Shown here: piece after piece, positions 15,776 to 29,670 of the stretch
How the letters are laid out: each line of letters begins with the position of its first letter
How positions within the stretch are numbered: position 1 is the stretch's first letter
Assembly: GCA_001244265.2 (NCBI GenBank)
Contig: CDLV01000013.1
Location: 992,001-1,056,000 of the forward strand
Length of the DNA: 64,000 nt
Source of the DNA: Microbotryum violaceum
Taxonomy: Eukaryota
Direction of reading: 5' to 3'
Program-made: the position numbers and the translations under genes
Notes under the pieces: generated by a model
What the model was told of the DNA's origin: nothing
The model's database searches: none
What the model saw: only the letters and a program-made list of their open reading frames with translations

Positions 15776-16640
15776 TCAAGGCCTACTGATCGGCACACTC
15801 GGCAGTCCCAGCCCTTTGGCCCTCTCGCGGGCATCTTGCGCCTGCCACTTCTTCTTGACCGCATCCTGCCTGTGGGGCAATGTTGTAGGTTTAGCACCCG
15901 AAACGGAAGCATCGACAGTGTGTCTTACCGAGACGAGACCTACCTCATGGCAAAAATACTTCTGTGCAATGTAAAAACCTTGGAATTAAGCGCGATCGCC
16001 TTGTTCACCTCGTGCGGGCTCGGCACCGGCGCCGGCGGAGGAGCGAGCGGGGTAGTTATCGTCGCCATCGTTGTCGTGGCCAACGAAGACACGGCCGAGT
16101 AGCCCGTCTTGAGACCAGAATGCAACCACGATGAGGAAGAGGACGACTTGGCCACCGCGGCGTCGGCGAGCGTCTTGTCTTTGGCCGCGAGCTTGGCCTC
16201 GTATTCGGCCTTGACCTTTTCAATCTCGGACTGCAGGTTGGCCGGACTAGGCGGAGCAGGACTCGAGATCGATGAAGGTGTCGAAGGTGTGTTTGAGCTG
16301 GTTGCAGGCTTGGCGAACTACGGTGCACCAGACCAGATGTCAGCTCACGCCTTCGTACGGTGTCCGAGCGGAGCGAGGAGTTGAGCTCACCCCGGATCGG
16401 CCAAGTGGGAAGTGCACACGTAAATGAAGTCGCCAACGTCCGGTGTAGCTGTGAGAATCGTGATATTCAGCGAAGGGTCCAGCCGCAGCGTAGAGCAAGT
16501 CGGCGGTTGGCCAACGTCGGGCACTGACCCAGACAGGCGAACGTGGCTTTGCCGCACATGCTGCACGTCTTCTCGGTACCTACCGTCCGTAGGTGGTACA
16601 AGTTCGTCAGCTGTGGAGGACCTGGTCTTGTGGCTGCCAT
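15776..16640 (-). CDS. VFA1: Vps4-associated protein 1 (DUF1742 family)
   Basis: LTNLYHLRTVGTEKTCSMCGKATFACL|ATPDVGDFIYVCTSHLADPG|F...EIEKVKAEYEAK...VFTLHRSIFAMR|QD...LPSVP; TGA at 15778-15776. Confidence 0.88.
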
Positions 16641-17221
16641 ACTGCCCCGCGGCGAGTCTGCCGAGACGACGAGCTTCCGCTGTTCGATGTGGTGGAAGGG
16701 CAATAGGCAGGAGAGCAGAAGCGTGCTGAATGTATGCTCTTTGGCGCACGGACCGGGTCAACCGCTGTCGGCCGGCGCTCGCAGACCTGCGCTCCAAATG
16801 CGCCTCTAGATGTCAAAAACCGGGCGCGCCGATGCAACCGACTGACATCGCGAGGTGGGCAGTGCGGTCGTGCCACTGCTATTAGTGCCCCTTGTATTCA
16901 CGAGTCTCATTTGGCGTCTTGCGACTTGTCCATCGATCGCACCCTTGGCAAATCGTCGTTCGGGACCGTCGTCGCACTAGTAGAACGTGTCGCGGCCATC
17001 GAAGTGCAAGTCGTTGACTCGTCCCCCGCACAGCGTGTAGGGTGCCCGGCTAAGCTGAGCGCAGGTCGATCTCAAATTGCCCTTGGCCCCAAAGCTCCTT
17101 CGCGCGCTCGCTTCGCGTCTGCGCGGTTTTGACTTCTTCCCCCCACCGGCACGCGTGCCTGCATCCATCGATTACTACTGCACATCAGCACCTCTCCCTT
17201 CCCACCACCGGGTATCAAAAT

Positions 17222-20200
17222 ATGAGTGACTCAGAGATGATGACACCCTCGAGTGCGGCTGATTCCGGCGCGAACTCGCCCTCAACCGCTCCCACGTCAG
17301 TGCGAGGTGCCACGACGAGCACGATCAAGCGCCGGTCGTCGGGCCGCACGACACGTCAAGTCATCATCACGGATATGCAAGACGATCAGGTCATGGAGCA
17401 AGATGATGATGATGATGATGTTCAAGTTTTGATCCCGAGGTCAGTGGTATGCCATGGCGTGCCAGCCGTCCACCGTCTGTCGCACGAGGGCCGCTTGACA
17501 CTCGCATCGAGTGGCGACGACTCATCCCTGCTTCCCGTCCCGTACTGAGTACCGACCTTCAACATCTTGGGCCTCTTTCTCACAGTGCCCGGAGCTCCAG
17601 GGATTATGCTCCAGTCAAAGGCTCGCGCAAGTCCGTCGCACACGCTGTCATGACCGCCGACTCGATCAAAGCCCCGTCGCGGTCGACTCGGCGATCGCTG
17701 CCCCGTCGCAGGTCGTCACAGGCCAAAGGCAATGCGCGCATCGTGCAGATCGAGTCCGAGGACGAGGACGACGATGACTTTGCCATGGTGCAAGACAACG
17801 ACGACGACGATAACAATGATGATGATGAAGACGCTGGAGGTGATATGGAGCAAGCCTATGATGTTGAGACGGCGACGCGGCTTGCGAAAGCCTTGCAGAA
17901 CGGAGGCTCAAAAAAAGGCAAGGCTCGGTACGTGGACGCCGAAGCGTTGGGCAAAAATGTCGCCAGCAAGCTCGGGCGCGCAAGAAACGGGTCCACGAGC
18001 AAGCAAGATCAGTCTTTTGAGCTTGTTGTGGCGAAGTCGAACAAGGTGACCGCCAAGACCAAGTCAGCGACCCCTGTCACCGAGAACAAGCGTCAATTGA
18101 CCCGCACGAATTCGACGCAATCCAAGCGGGGTGTGACGTCTGCTTCCATCGCGCGAAAGAGCAAGATGATTGTTGATTCATCGGCTTCCTCCGATGGCAG
18201 TGACGATGCGTCGGCCTTCTCGCCCGATTCGGACGAGGACGAGGACGAAGGGATGCTAACCGATGACTCACTCTTGAGGGACTTGGCGGGCTCGGAAGCC
18301 GAAGAAGGTAGCGACGACGATTTACCGGACGCTGGCGGGGACGATGGCATCAAACGTAATGAAAAGTCATACAAGAAGCAGGTCAAGACAGCGGAAGAGA
18401 TTGCCGAGAAGCTCAGTCGGCCCAAGATCAAGCCCAGGAAAGGCCACGTTTTCTCACAAAAGGAAAAGAAGACGATGTCCCAGCTTTCAAGGGTCAGTAA
18501 CTCTGAAGTAAATGCTCCGAAGAGAGCCAACAGCTGAACGCATTCCGTTCCTCACGCGCGTTCCTCACACGCAGTACGAGAAAGCGGATGCGTATCTGAT
18601 GGCGAACCACCCCGAGCTCGTTGACTGCTGGCCCAAACTCGAAGCTGTCCCCAGGACCAAGGTCGAGCGTGCCGAGCAACCCGCCGGATTGACACAAAAA
18701 CTGCTGCCGTTTCAACTCGAAGGACTGAACTGGATGGTCAAGCAAGAGCAGAGCATCTTTGGCGGTGGCTTCCTGTGCGACGAGATGGGGATGGGCAAGA
18801 CCATTCAAACAATCGCGCTGATTTTGTCGGACTTCAACACCGCGGACCGCAAGCGCACGCTCGTTTTGGCGCCGACGGTCGCCATCATCCAGTGGTCCCA
18901 CGAGATTGCCAAGTTCACCGAGGGAATGAAGGTGCTCGTCTACCACGGCGCCGGACGCATCAAGACCGTCAAGGAGATGGAGCAGTACGACATCGTCCTT
19001 ACGAGCTACGCCGTGATGGAGTCGACGTTCCGTCGCGAGCAGAAAGGGTTCATGCGCAAGGGCAACCTTATGAAGGAGGACTCGATTGTCCACAAAATCA
19101 ACTGGCACCGCGTCATTCTCGACGAAGCGCACAACATCAAGGATCGTGCGTCGAACACGGCCAAGGGTGCTTTCGCTCTCAAAGCCAAGTATCGCTGGTG
19201 TCTGTCTGGTTAGTTTGACATACCCAAGGGGTAAATGTGTGGCCAGCCATGCTGATCTTGCTTTTTTCGAGCCCGTCTCCAGGCACCCCGCTTCAGAACC
19301 GTGTCGGCGAGCTGTACTCACTCATACGTTTCGTCGGCGTTTCGCCTCATGCTTACTACTTCTGCAAGCAATGCGACTGCAAGAGTCTCCACTGGCTCTG
19401 CAACAAGGGGCCGTGCACCGAGTGTCGCCATTCGGGCATGCAGCACGTTTGCTGGTGGAACACGGAGATTCTTAAACCGATCCAGTATGGCGGTATGCAC
19501 GAGGGCCAAGGAGCCAAGGCGTTCCGCAAGCTTAGCATCCTCTTGGAGCGACTCATGCTTCGTCGCACCAAAGTTGAACGAGCCGATGATCTGGGTTTGC
19601 CTCCTCGAGTTGTCAACGTTCGTCGCGACTACTTCACAGAGGAAGAGGAGGAGCTGTACCAGTCGCTTTTCAAGGATGTGAAGCGCAAGTTTAACACGTA
19701 TGCGAACGAGGGCACCGTTTTGAACAACTACAGCAACATCTTCACCCTCATCACTCGCATGCGACAAATGGCGGACCACCCCGATCTCGTGCTCAAGTCG
19801 CGCACTGCGATGCCGGTGCAGCACGCCGATTCGGATAAGCCGGAAGAGATCTTGGCGTGCCGCATCTGCCTCGATGAGGCCGAGGACGCAGTCAAGACGC
19901 AGTGCCGCCACATTTTCTGTCGCGAATGTGTGCGACAGTACATCGAAACGGCGACGGTCCACAAACCTTTGTGCCCTGTGTGTAACATTCCCATCACGAT
20001 CGACCTCGACCAAGCTGCGATCGAGCAGGACACAACGGGCCGACAGGGAATCTTGTCGCGTTTGGACCCTACGAAGACGAGGACGTCGACCAAGATTGAG
20101 GCCTTGCTGGAGGAGTTGAGCAAGACGCGGACGGAGGATCACACGCTCAAGACGCTTATTTTTTCTCAGTTCACGACCATGCTGTCAGTTCTTCCTTCCA

Positions 20201-21089
20201 CCCTGAATCTCCGAAACCCTTCTCCTTGAGCAGCTAACCATGCTGACTTCTGCAATCGACCCACAGGGACCTCGTTGCTCGCCGTCTGCAGCTCGGCGGG
20301 TACAAGTTCGTGCGCATTGCGGGTACCATGACACCCCTGGCGCGCGACAACACGATCAAAGCCTTCACCGAGGACCCAGAATGCACCGTGTTCCTCATCT
20401 CGCTCAAGGCCGGCGGTGTGGCCCTGAACTTGGTTGAAGCGAGCCGAGTTATCTTGCTCGATCCCTGGTGGAACCCCGCAGTGAGCGCTCGCAATACCTC
20501 GATTGAGGACCCAAAAATCCTGCTGATCCGCCGGAATTGTTGCGCTGCTAGGTCGAGCTGCAGGCCATGGATCGTACTCATCGAATTGGCCAACGTGCGT
20601 GAAAAGCTCGTAACTTCCGTTTTCGCCGTCCTAACCCGGTGCCCACTCTATATTTTCGGATGGCTTGCAGATCGACCCATAACGATCACTCGTTTGGTGA
20701 TCGAAAATTCCATTGAAAGTCGTATCCTTGAGCTTCAGCGGTTAGTGGTTTTGAGGCGCAACTCATGTTGAACCTATCCCGAAGCCATGGGCTGACTCAC
20801 CCTCTGACTCACGCCTCCTGTGATCTTGGCGACTCGTAGAAAAAAGGAGAATTTGGCAGCAAGTGCTCTGGGCGATGACACCACTGCAGCAGGTCGTGTG
20901 AGTCACTTTCTAAAGCGTCGGAGTCCTCTTGAATGTCCACGCTGCTCTGGTCTCGTAGCGGGCTTTTCGGCCCAGCTTGTGGCGCCCCGATCCCCTGCTG
21001 ATCGCTGACGGGTGTTGGCTCCCTCGCGTTTTCGCTTCCTCGTGCAGCTCACTCCCGAGGATCTGCGGTTCTTGTTCTCGTTGTCTTAG
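17222..21089 (+). CDS. RAD16: Rad16 SNF2-family ATPase with C3HC4 RING (nucleotide excision repair)
   Basis: Acidic N-terminus; [91 protein letters not shown]...[17 protein letters not shown]...DPWWNPA, ending [13 protein letters not shown]. Confidence 0.96.
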
Positions 21090-21444
21090 ACGACGCCATT
21101 TCTTCTCGCATTCTGGTCATCTGTCCATATAAGGGTATGGCGTGGGCCCCAATATAGGTGCGACCCCCTAGAGTTTTGCATCCTCTGAGTCGTCACCTTA
21201 CACCGTCCCGTTCGGCACAGCATCGTTGTTGGTACCGGTGGGGCTCACTGTGCAGCCCCTATGTTGACCTGAATCTATCCCCACGTCTAATGTTGTCTTG
21301 TTCAGGGAAAGCTTTGTAGGTTTATCCTTGTTTAGACCATATGTTTTACTACCTTCCTGTGCCTACATTCCGTATGGTTCGTCACGCATCCCGGGATGCA
21401 TGTGGGGCGCTTCGTTTGGAGCTCGGCATCGACGGACGGTTGCC

Positions 21445-21552
21445 GAAAGTTGATTTGAAATTAAAAAGAATGAGGAAGTAACAATTAAATATCTAGACAA
21501 TGTATTCTATACTATTAAAAATAATGAAGTCATTAGAACTAAAACTGGACTT
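21445..21552 (+). other. Short AT-rich island, candidate organellar insertion (NUMT)
   Basis: About 21% GC by hand count (20/95 at 21451-21545); stop-free frame FEIKKNEEVTIKYLDNVFYTIKNNEVIRTKTG with AT-ending codons, preceded by an in-frame TGA. Confidence 0.45.
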
Positions 21553-21948
21553 CACGGTATGCATGCGAAGATGCGAATTCTCGATCTAGTACATGCTTAC
21601 TACATGGGCGAGTTCTTGTTGATCATACGCAAATACTAGCTCACTCGCAGTACGTTTTTTCTCTCATTCCATTGCTACTTGCAAGATTGTCTCCTACGAA
21701 TCTGCCCCCAAGCGCTGGGCCGCCGGTCGGGCAGAACCTAGCAGAATCGAGATCTCACGAGGCGATCGCGCGTACAAAGTCCCATCAGGCGATCGAATGC
21801 CAACTTGATCGTCCCAACACCTAGCCTTCACACGACCGCCACGCCCGTACCGCGGTCGAGCTTCGACACTGTCAAGGCTTCATCCCATATCCTCGACGTT
21901 GACCCTGGTGACCTTAATCGTCCGGGAACCCGCCCGAGTGGCGGCGCG

Positions 21949-24900
21949 ATGACGGATTCGGCTGAGCATGCCGGGTTTAACAACGCGAGCACCTCTGCGA
22001 CGGCGGCATCATCCTCTCCAGCGCCCGTCGCCTCGACCTTAACCTCGTCCTCGTCCTTGGACAACGTTGAGAATAACTCGACACGATCTTCAGGAGGCCA
22101 TGCGCTGGGTATACGTCCGTCGATCATCGACGTGCAACCGCTCTTCTCGAGCGACGTGAGGAGCGCTCGATCAATCGCACTGGCAACCGCTGCCGCTGCC
22201 GCAGCCCCATCGACCTCGACCTCGCCTTCGATCTCGACCCCGAGCGGCACAGGGTCGCCGCCTTCGCCACCGATCATTTCGTCGTTGCGGCCGTCGACCT
22301 CGAGCACAGCTGCATCGTCGACCTCATCCCTGACCGAGCGCGCCGCCGCGTCCGGCAGTCGAGATCGATCATCGTCGGCCTCGTCTTCGGCCGGCGACAC
22401 CGCTCGCTCGACCCGGCGTGCCTTCAATCGGCGCAAGACCGGCTACGGAACAGGCAAGTACCGCCTCCAAGAATTATGTGGGGAGACGGGAGAGACCAGT
22501 CCTGACCCGACTTCATTCTCGCACGCACGACAGGTGCCAACGCTGCAAACGCCCCCTCGACCTCGACCGCCGGCACATTCCTGACCCGGTTCCTAGGATC
22601 CTTTCGCTCGCCACCACCAGAGCAAGGGTCGGATGACGGATCCAAAGATGTCTCTAAACGGCCTCTACTTCCACGTAGTTTGTCGAACCCGCTGCAGTCT
22701 CGACCGAGACCACCGCCCGATGGACCCGGGTCGACATCCTCGATCCCCTCCTCTCGGCAGGCGCACCGTCCTGCAAGTCCTCTACCCGCTTCGGCCCAAT
22801 CCAGTCGACCAGGCTCCTTCTCGGACAAGCCCAATATCAGGCGCGTGTCGTCGGACCTCGTTGGAGCCAGCCGGGAACTCTCACGACCGACATCCAGCGG
22901 CTCGGGCGCGGGCTCGGGCTCAGCGCAGGCCAAGCACCGGTTCCAACCTTCGTTCCGACGACTAAGCTCGACTGGTACGGCACGAGACTCGCAAGCACAT
23001 TCGTCGATGGTTTCACCGTTCCTCGAAAACGACGTGCCACTGCCTTCCCCGATCTCACCGGCGTCGACGGTACGGGCGGGTAAGGAACGAGATCCGATGG
23101 AAAGGACTTCTTGGTACGATGCGTCGCGCGTGCCTCGAAGGGGGAGCGGCTTCAGCCAAAAGACTCTGTTGCCCGGTAGGACACCAACACTGTCGGCATC
23201 CAACTCGTTCCCGGTTCTTGGCCCGATTCTTGAACCCGAGCGTGTCTCGTCGGCGACACTTGATGCTCCTCTCAGCCTCATCAACTCCCTCATCCCAGCG
23301 GCCCTCGTGATGCTCGCGCAGCTGGGACCATCGCACCTGTTTTCGCCCGCTGTAATATCCGGGGACTACTCCGGAGAAAGTTTCTCTGCGCCTTTCACTT
23401 CCCCTTACATGTCGTCCTCGGCCGCCAGCCGTACGACTGAACTGCCTTACCCCGCATCCGATCGCGCCTCGATAGCGTCGTCCGTCACGTCCAAGACGTC
23501 CAAGACGTCATCGCACGACACAGGTGGGATGTTCGGCTCGACTATGAGCCACGTCGCGACCTCTCACTCGCATGAGCTCCATGCGCCGAGCACGGTCTCG
23601 CTACCTGCCGTTAGTGTAGCCGCGTTGTGGAGGCTGCTGCGTGGTCTCGAGTGGATCACTGGGGTGCAGAACAAGGAGTCGACCAATATGATAAGTCAAT
23701 CGGCACCGAACAAAGACCACGACTTCAATTCGGACTCGACGCGGATTGCGGGTGACGCCAACGAACACGAAGCGGCGCCCTCTTTTGACTTCCCGTCCAT
23801 GTTACAAGGCGTTGCGGATGTCTTGGCGGCGACTGCGGCCGCAAAACACATCGAGATCATCGTCGGTAGGATGGGCCAGAGCAAGCCACCTAGCTCACCC
23901 TCGACGCCTTCGATGTCGGATAGCTCGGATGGTGTGCGGAAGCCTGCCGCATGTGCCACTCTTGACCAACGGTCAGAGAGCAGAGAATGCCTTGTACAAG
24001 GTGACGAGAGCGCTTGGTCTATCGCACTGATTTGGGTACGTATCAAGCCTAGGGTAGTGCCTTGGAGACCGCGAGGGGAGAGATGAGAGCTGACGATTTG
24101 CTCCCGCACGCGAATTCCTAGATCCTGCATGACGTTATTTCGCGTGCCCCATCGGGATCGAGCCTCTGCATTCGATTTCAAGCCACACCAGCTTCATCGC
24201 AATCCCTCGAATTGTCACCCATGGTTGAGCAGCCGATAGAGGAAGCGAATCAACCCACACAGGCCTACATCAAGACCCGCCTGAGGTCTGACCAGATGTG
24301 GAGGGTGTCGACCGGAATTGCCCTCGTTCGGACCACCCCCGACTCTCCCGCATTTGAAGCGATGTCTCCGGTCGATCCGTCATCACCATCGCCTCTGATC
24401 GTGCGGAAAGCGCAAGCTATACTCGATCACCCTGATCTCAAAGCGGAAGTTCGGACATTCGAGTCATTCGACGCCAACAATTCATGGACCATTGAAGGTG
24501 TTCTAGCCGGTGGCATGCCGGCGGAATCGTCGTCTGCGACCGAGGACACGATCTTTGGACGACAAAGGGTTGCCAGCGAGTCCCATGAGGTGTCGGGTCG
24601 CCACGAGCCCATCGCCGAAGATCTGATTCGCTTCGCCCGTACGTCGCTCCAAGGACTGCGTGTTGCGTTGCATGCGGGCGAAAACAGCTCGTTTGCGAAG
24701 CACCTGACGCATCACCTCGCCGGATGGGGCATGGACTTGACCCACATTGCTCTCGACCACGACGAAGCCGCTTCAACCAAAAGTGGACGGCCTCGGTTCG
24801 ACTCGGGCGATCATTCCAACGAGCCTCTCAACTCACCGCTCAGGAAGCTGGGGCTGGCGGATGGACTCTCTCTGAGCAGTGGTGGAGTCCCTTCGGACTT

Positions 24901-27659
24901 AGCTACCGATCCGGCTTCAAGTCTAATCGTTATTGATGACGACGTCACCACGCTGCGTCGACTCCTCTACACCCTCCGTGCGCTGCCTCTGCACTACCAT
25001 CAAGCGCTTCCGACCAAGCGGCCTCAGCTTGCCACACGCCGCACTCGCTCGTCACCCCACGTCCGTCAGATCACCCAAGTGCCGCAAACCCAAGCGACTT
25101 GTGTTATCATCCATTTTGCTAGCTTGACGCAGTACAAGACGATCAAGGAGTTGGTTCAAGACGCGCTCGCACATACGAAATCGCCCAGCTTGCCCGAGGT
25201 GCTCGTGATTCCCAAGCCTGCCGGCCCGAGACGTATCCTCACAGCGCTATGGACGGCCTTGAAGCGACCCAGCATCGACCCCTCCCTTCCTCCGATTGCG
25301 ACTTCGCCCTCGGCGCCGGGCGTGCAGTATTGGTCGCCCAAGCTCTCGCCCGCTGTCGGTGGTGACGAGGGTAAACCAGAGCTGGCCAGTGACAAGGGCG
25401 AAGGCAATGTATCGAGTGGCAATGCCAATGTGCGGGTCCACACCCCACCGACGAGCAGCCTGCCCTCATCGATGACGAACGGTCACCCTCCTTCGCCTTT
25501 GGAAACGATTTCAGACGATCAGATGTCGTACTTTTCGGGCATGGCTCAGAACATGGACGGTGCCACGCCCAGCGAGGGAGTTGTCTTCCAGAGCCCAAAT
25601 GGACGACCGGCCATCTTCTTCCAGCCCTCGACTCGTCGTGTTAGCAATGGGAAGACGCACCGCGACAGGGAGGCATCGGTCCCGTCGGTACGGTCACGCC
25701 AAGGCAGCCAAAACACGGCCACTTCACCCAAGATTGGCGAGCCGTTCGCTTCGCCTTCGTCTTCCCAAGCCGCGCCTGTTGCGACTCCGCACGAGATCGG
25801 CCTCGGGCACATACGTCGAAGTTCTAGCGGCAGTTCATCGACAAGTCCGAAGAACGAATCGCCCCATCTGATTCCGATCGGGACGCCGGCCTTGACGCTC
25901 GATTCGTTCATCCTGTCCGCCAAATCGCGGGCTGCAGGGGAGGAAGACCCGCTCCTCATGGCTGACCCTGGGACTAATGTGCCAAGCCCACGGCCGTCGG
26001 ACTCGCTGCAACGCCAAGGCTCATCTGCCTCACTCACGACACACCGTTTGACTGCACCTACCCCATCGTCAATCGGCACGGGTGCGGTGGCAGGCTCGAG
26101 CTCGCCGAGGATGGGACCATCAGGAGTGAGCGCTGCCGCGGCCCGGCGTGTCGGTTCCAACACGTCCTCTACCCCGCCATCGATGTCGCCTTCGATCGGA
26201 GGGACGGGTACCGCTTCATCTAACAAGACTGCGACCTCGGCACCAGCTACGCCGCAGACGTTTCACTCGAGCCCGCCGCGTCGGCCCACGGCGGGCCACT
26301 CACCCAAGAGTCGACGGCGCCCGAGCCGCAAAGTGACGCTGCCGGCCGTGCCTCCGATCAATGTGCTGATCGTTGAAGATAACCCCATCAACCAAATGAT
26401 CTTGTCGACGTTCATGAAGAAGAAGGGGATCGCGTATGCGGTTGCCAAGGATGGAGAAGAGGCGGTGCAGAAATGGAGAGCGGGGTCGTTCCATCTCGTG
26501 CTGGTGAGTCCGCAGCAGGTCGGATCGGGGTCGAGCAGATGTTGTTGCAGTTGACTCAAAGGTACCTTCTCGCTCCTTGTTGCAGATGGACATCCAGCTG
26601 CCCGTCAAGGACGGAATTGAAGCAACTCGCGAGATTCGGGAGATGGAGCGAGCTAATAACATTGGCACCTTTATCACGACGCCGACGACCGATATCGCTT
26701 CGCCCATCTCGAGTGCCAGCAGCAGCTTGCCTTCCTCACGGTCTTCGCCCGTCGTCGGTAGTCCCATCTCTCCGCTACAACTGAACATGCCCGTCATCAT
26801 CGTTGCGTTGACTGCCTCGTCGCTGCAAGCCGATCGAGTGAACGCTCTCGCTGCTGGCTGTAACGATTTCTTGACCAAGCCCGTCTCGCTCGCTTGGCTG
26901 GAGAAGAAACTTCGCGAATGGGGCTCGATGGCGTACCTGTCTGGCTTCTCAGCCTTCCCAAGCGATGCGAGCCCCTCCTCAGTCAGGTCTATCACGTTGA
27001 CGACCCCAGCTACGAGTCGAAGCTTGAGCGAGACGAGCAAGCGCTCGTTCGTGTCTGGGATGTCCTCGAAGGCTGCCATCATCTCTCTGCAGTTGCACAT
27101 TGCTCTCAAAGCAACACACGCTGCGACGCCGACCCCTCCCGGTGGTGGCCTCGGGCGGGTTAACGACAGCGGCAACGGAAGCGGCAGCGCCGGCGCGGGC
27201 GCCGGGATCGAGGAACACAGCGACGGAACGATGAAGAGCCAACCGGTGCAGGCGACTACAACCGAACGTAACTTTCCCGTCAACCCTTCCGAGGCTACGC
27301 CGTCGGACCCTGCATCTTCCGCGACCGAGAAGCCTACTGTCACGATTCAAGCTCCGACGCCCGAGACCTCGCTTGCTGAGGAACCGTCCGCAAGCAAAGA
27401 TGTCCCCAAGGTCCCGAGTACGGTCGCCAAGGACACTCCTTCTTCACGATCAGCCACCGATGACCAAGACGGCGAAGCTCCCGTTATCAATGACGAGACG
27501 ATCGGGACCGTCGACAACAAGCTGAGACATCTCGCATCGGTGGCCCAGCAAGGCTCGTCTGAGCCCTCCAACGATGGGTCGCTGCTACTCACGCCATCGA
27601 TAATGGCGTCGAAGCGGCCTGGTCCGTCACCTTTGGCTCAGTCCGCGACCGCTTCCTAA
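21949..27659 (+). CDS. SSK1: Ssk1/Mcs4-type response regulator (HOG pathway)
   Basis: Long Ser-rich N-terminus; receiver domain PPINVLIVEDNPINQ...LVL|MDIQLPVKDGIEATREIR...IIVALTASSLQADRVNALAAGCNDFLTKPV...LREWG; also LVIPKPAGPRRILTAL. Introns at 22454-22533 (GC-AG), ~24036-24121 and ~26504-26586. Confidence 0.93.
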
Positions 27660-28610
27660 GAGGATGAGTCTGCATCACACGCGCACGAGGTGTCACCCCC
27701 AGCGGACTCTCCTTGAAACTAAACCCACGATTCTGGTGAGCCCGTAATGACTTCTTCACGTTGGCTGGCGTACTTCTGACATGGAAGGCTTCTCCGCGCT
27801 TGCGCAGATCCATCATCGCAGAACGGGCCCGGTCAGCGATCAGCGCCTTCGCTTGCGCGGATCCTCCCGAGCTCTGCGTGCTCTCTCCTTCCTCTCTTTC
27901 TCACTCCCTCACTCTCATCGGGGCCAATCCCACAAACTTCCGATTTATTTTAGGTTTCGCGGCGGCTACGATTCACAATTAATGTGTATTTTCTTATACT
28001 TCGTCTGCTGGGCAGGTCCTCCTTTTTACGCGTCCCCAGTGTATTAACTCGGTTCGACCTGAGCTACTCATCTGTTGTCTGCGGTGCTTATGATCGCTCG
28101 AGATCCAGCCGTTCCTTTTGTGATGCCAACGTGCTTTTCTCATCGACGCGCCACCCGGGAGAGAAGGGATCGATATGAGGGAAGCGGGTCCTCATTGACA
28201 TGGTGAGTGTAACGGGAGGTGAGAGATGGTGCCGTATCTGCTACAGCCGCAGATCTACCAGTTCCCCGTTCTTCGGGTAAACGTGCACTCGCTCGCACAT
28301 CGACTCTTCTGCCCCGAGAACAGGCTCCGGCTTAGCGTGGCGTGCATTGTGTGGTTGCGGAGGGACCTGTTTGTAGTATACGGCGTTTGTCGATCTTGGG
28401 CTTTCTCGACGCCGCGCCGCCCAATTCTTGCGAGCTCCTGAGCCTTGAGGTCACGGACTACCTCTCTAACGCGATCATCTATCACAATCGAACGGTCCGA
28501 CGTCGATCTCCCACATCACACTTGGCCCGCGAACCTGCCCTCGCCGAAACTGGTGCAACGGGGACGATGCGACCCCCAGAGGAAAGCGAAACGAAACCAT
28601 CCATTTTGGG

Positions 28611-28848
28611 CGATTCCAGTCAATCCTCAGCTGACGACAGCGACAGTGACAGTGACAGTGAAAGCGAGTTCGAAAATGTCGCGATCGACCGTCGAAGAGC
28701 ACTCATACGACCGGTCGCGTTCCGATGCGAGCCATGTATGGCCGTCCAGAGCCTGATAGCTCTTCGATGGTCGATCGCGACATCTTCAAACTCGCTCTCA
28801 CTGTCACTGTCGCTGACGCTGTCGTCAGCCGAGGATTGACTGGAATCG
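28611..28848. repeat. Inverted repeat with 90-bp arms (28611-28700 and 28759-28848) and 58-bp spacer
   Basis: Arms align with 7 mismatches in 90; both read as an acidic peptide DSSQSSADDS(D/V)SDSDSESEFE(N/D)VAID. Confidence 0.95.
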
Positions 28849-28930
28849 GCCACATTGGGCTCGTCAGAGTCGGAGTCGGACGAAGGGGTTTGGGGCACGG
28901 GCATGCGCCGCTTTCTCTTCCGAGTCGGGC

Positions 28931-29670
28931 GTGGAGACGGTTTATCCAGAATTGTACTGGCTTGTGAGGATGCTCGACGGCTTTGATCGTCCCTCCGACC
29001 TGCAAGAGGTGTGGGAGGCGCTTCCGGTCATAGTACCCACTCCACTCTCCTACGCTCTCGCTTATGCTTACCGCTGCGTCCGCAATGTCTGTTCTTACAT
29101 ACCCTGGGTGTGTCAAACGTGCTCAGAATCGAATCAGTCGAAATCGCAATCCATCACCAAACTTGCCGCTCAACTCTGGAACTCCCTGAGAGACCAGGGG
29201 GACCTCGGAGCTGCCCAACTTGGCGAGGACGAAGAAGAGCTTGTTCGCGCGGCTTTTGCAGCGGCAGAGGCAGGAAATAATACGACTTTCACTTCGATAG
29301 TACCACCCACCATCATATCACGGTCGCCATCCGATATTCCTTCCCCAACTCGGATGGAGCATTGTAAAAAGTACATGGCGCAACGCATGTCCAAGCTGTA
29401 CGGAGTGGAAACCCTGGCCTTTATTGTCCCTCGTTATCAAGACGACGTGTCGCTAGCGACGAAGGCCCCGTGCATTCGATAGGTGGGCTCAGATTTGCAG
29501 CTCGCTGCAACGACTTCAAGGATCCATCCGACAATTCCTTGTTGTCTACTTTTGCTTCTGAGATGAGCTGGGATGAGACACTCAAGGCCAATGAAGCGGC
29601 AGATCTGAAAGAGGGTGAGCCTATTACTTTGGGCATGGGTGACTATGACTTGCTGCAGTTCGACTGTTGA
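28931..29670 (+). pseudogene. Disrupted ORF convergent with the KDZ transposase, likely a companion gene of the element
   Basis: 183-aa frame (...KKYMAQRMSKLYGVETLAFIV...) continues after a shift as GGLRFAARCNDFKDP. It lies inside the TE patch; family link is from memory only. Confidence 0.35.

Noticed and set aside
21386-21399. 14-bp perfect palindrome GCATCCCGGGATGC
   Set aside because: Isolated, and short enough to arise by chance in 64 kb of GC-rich DNA.
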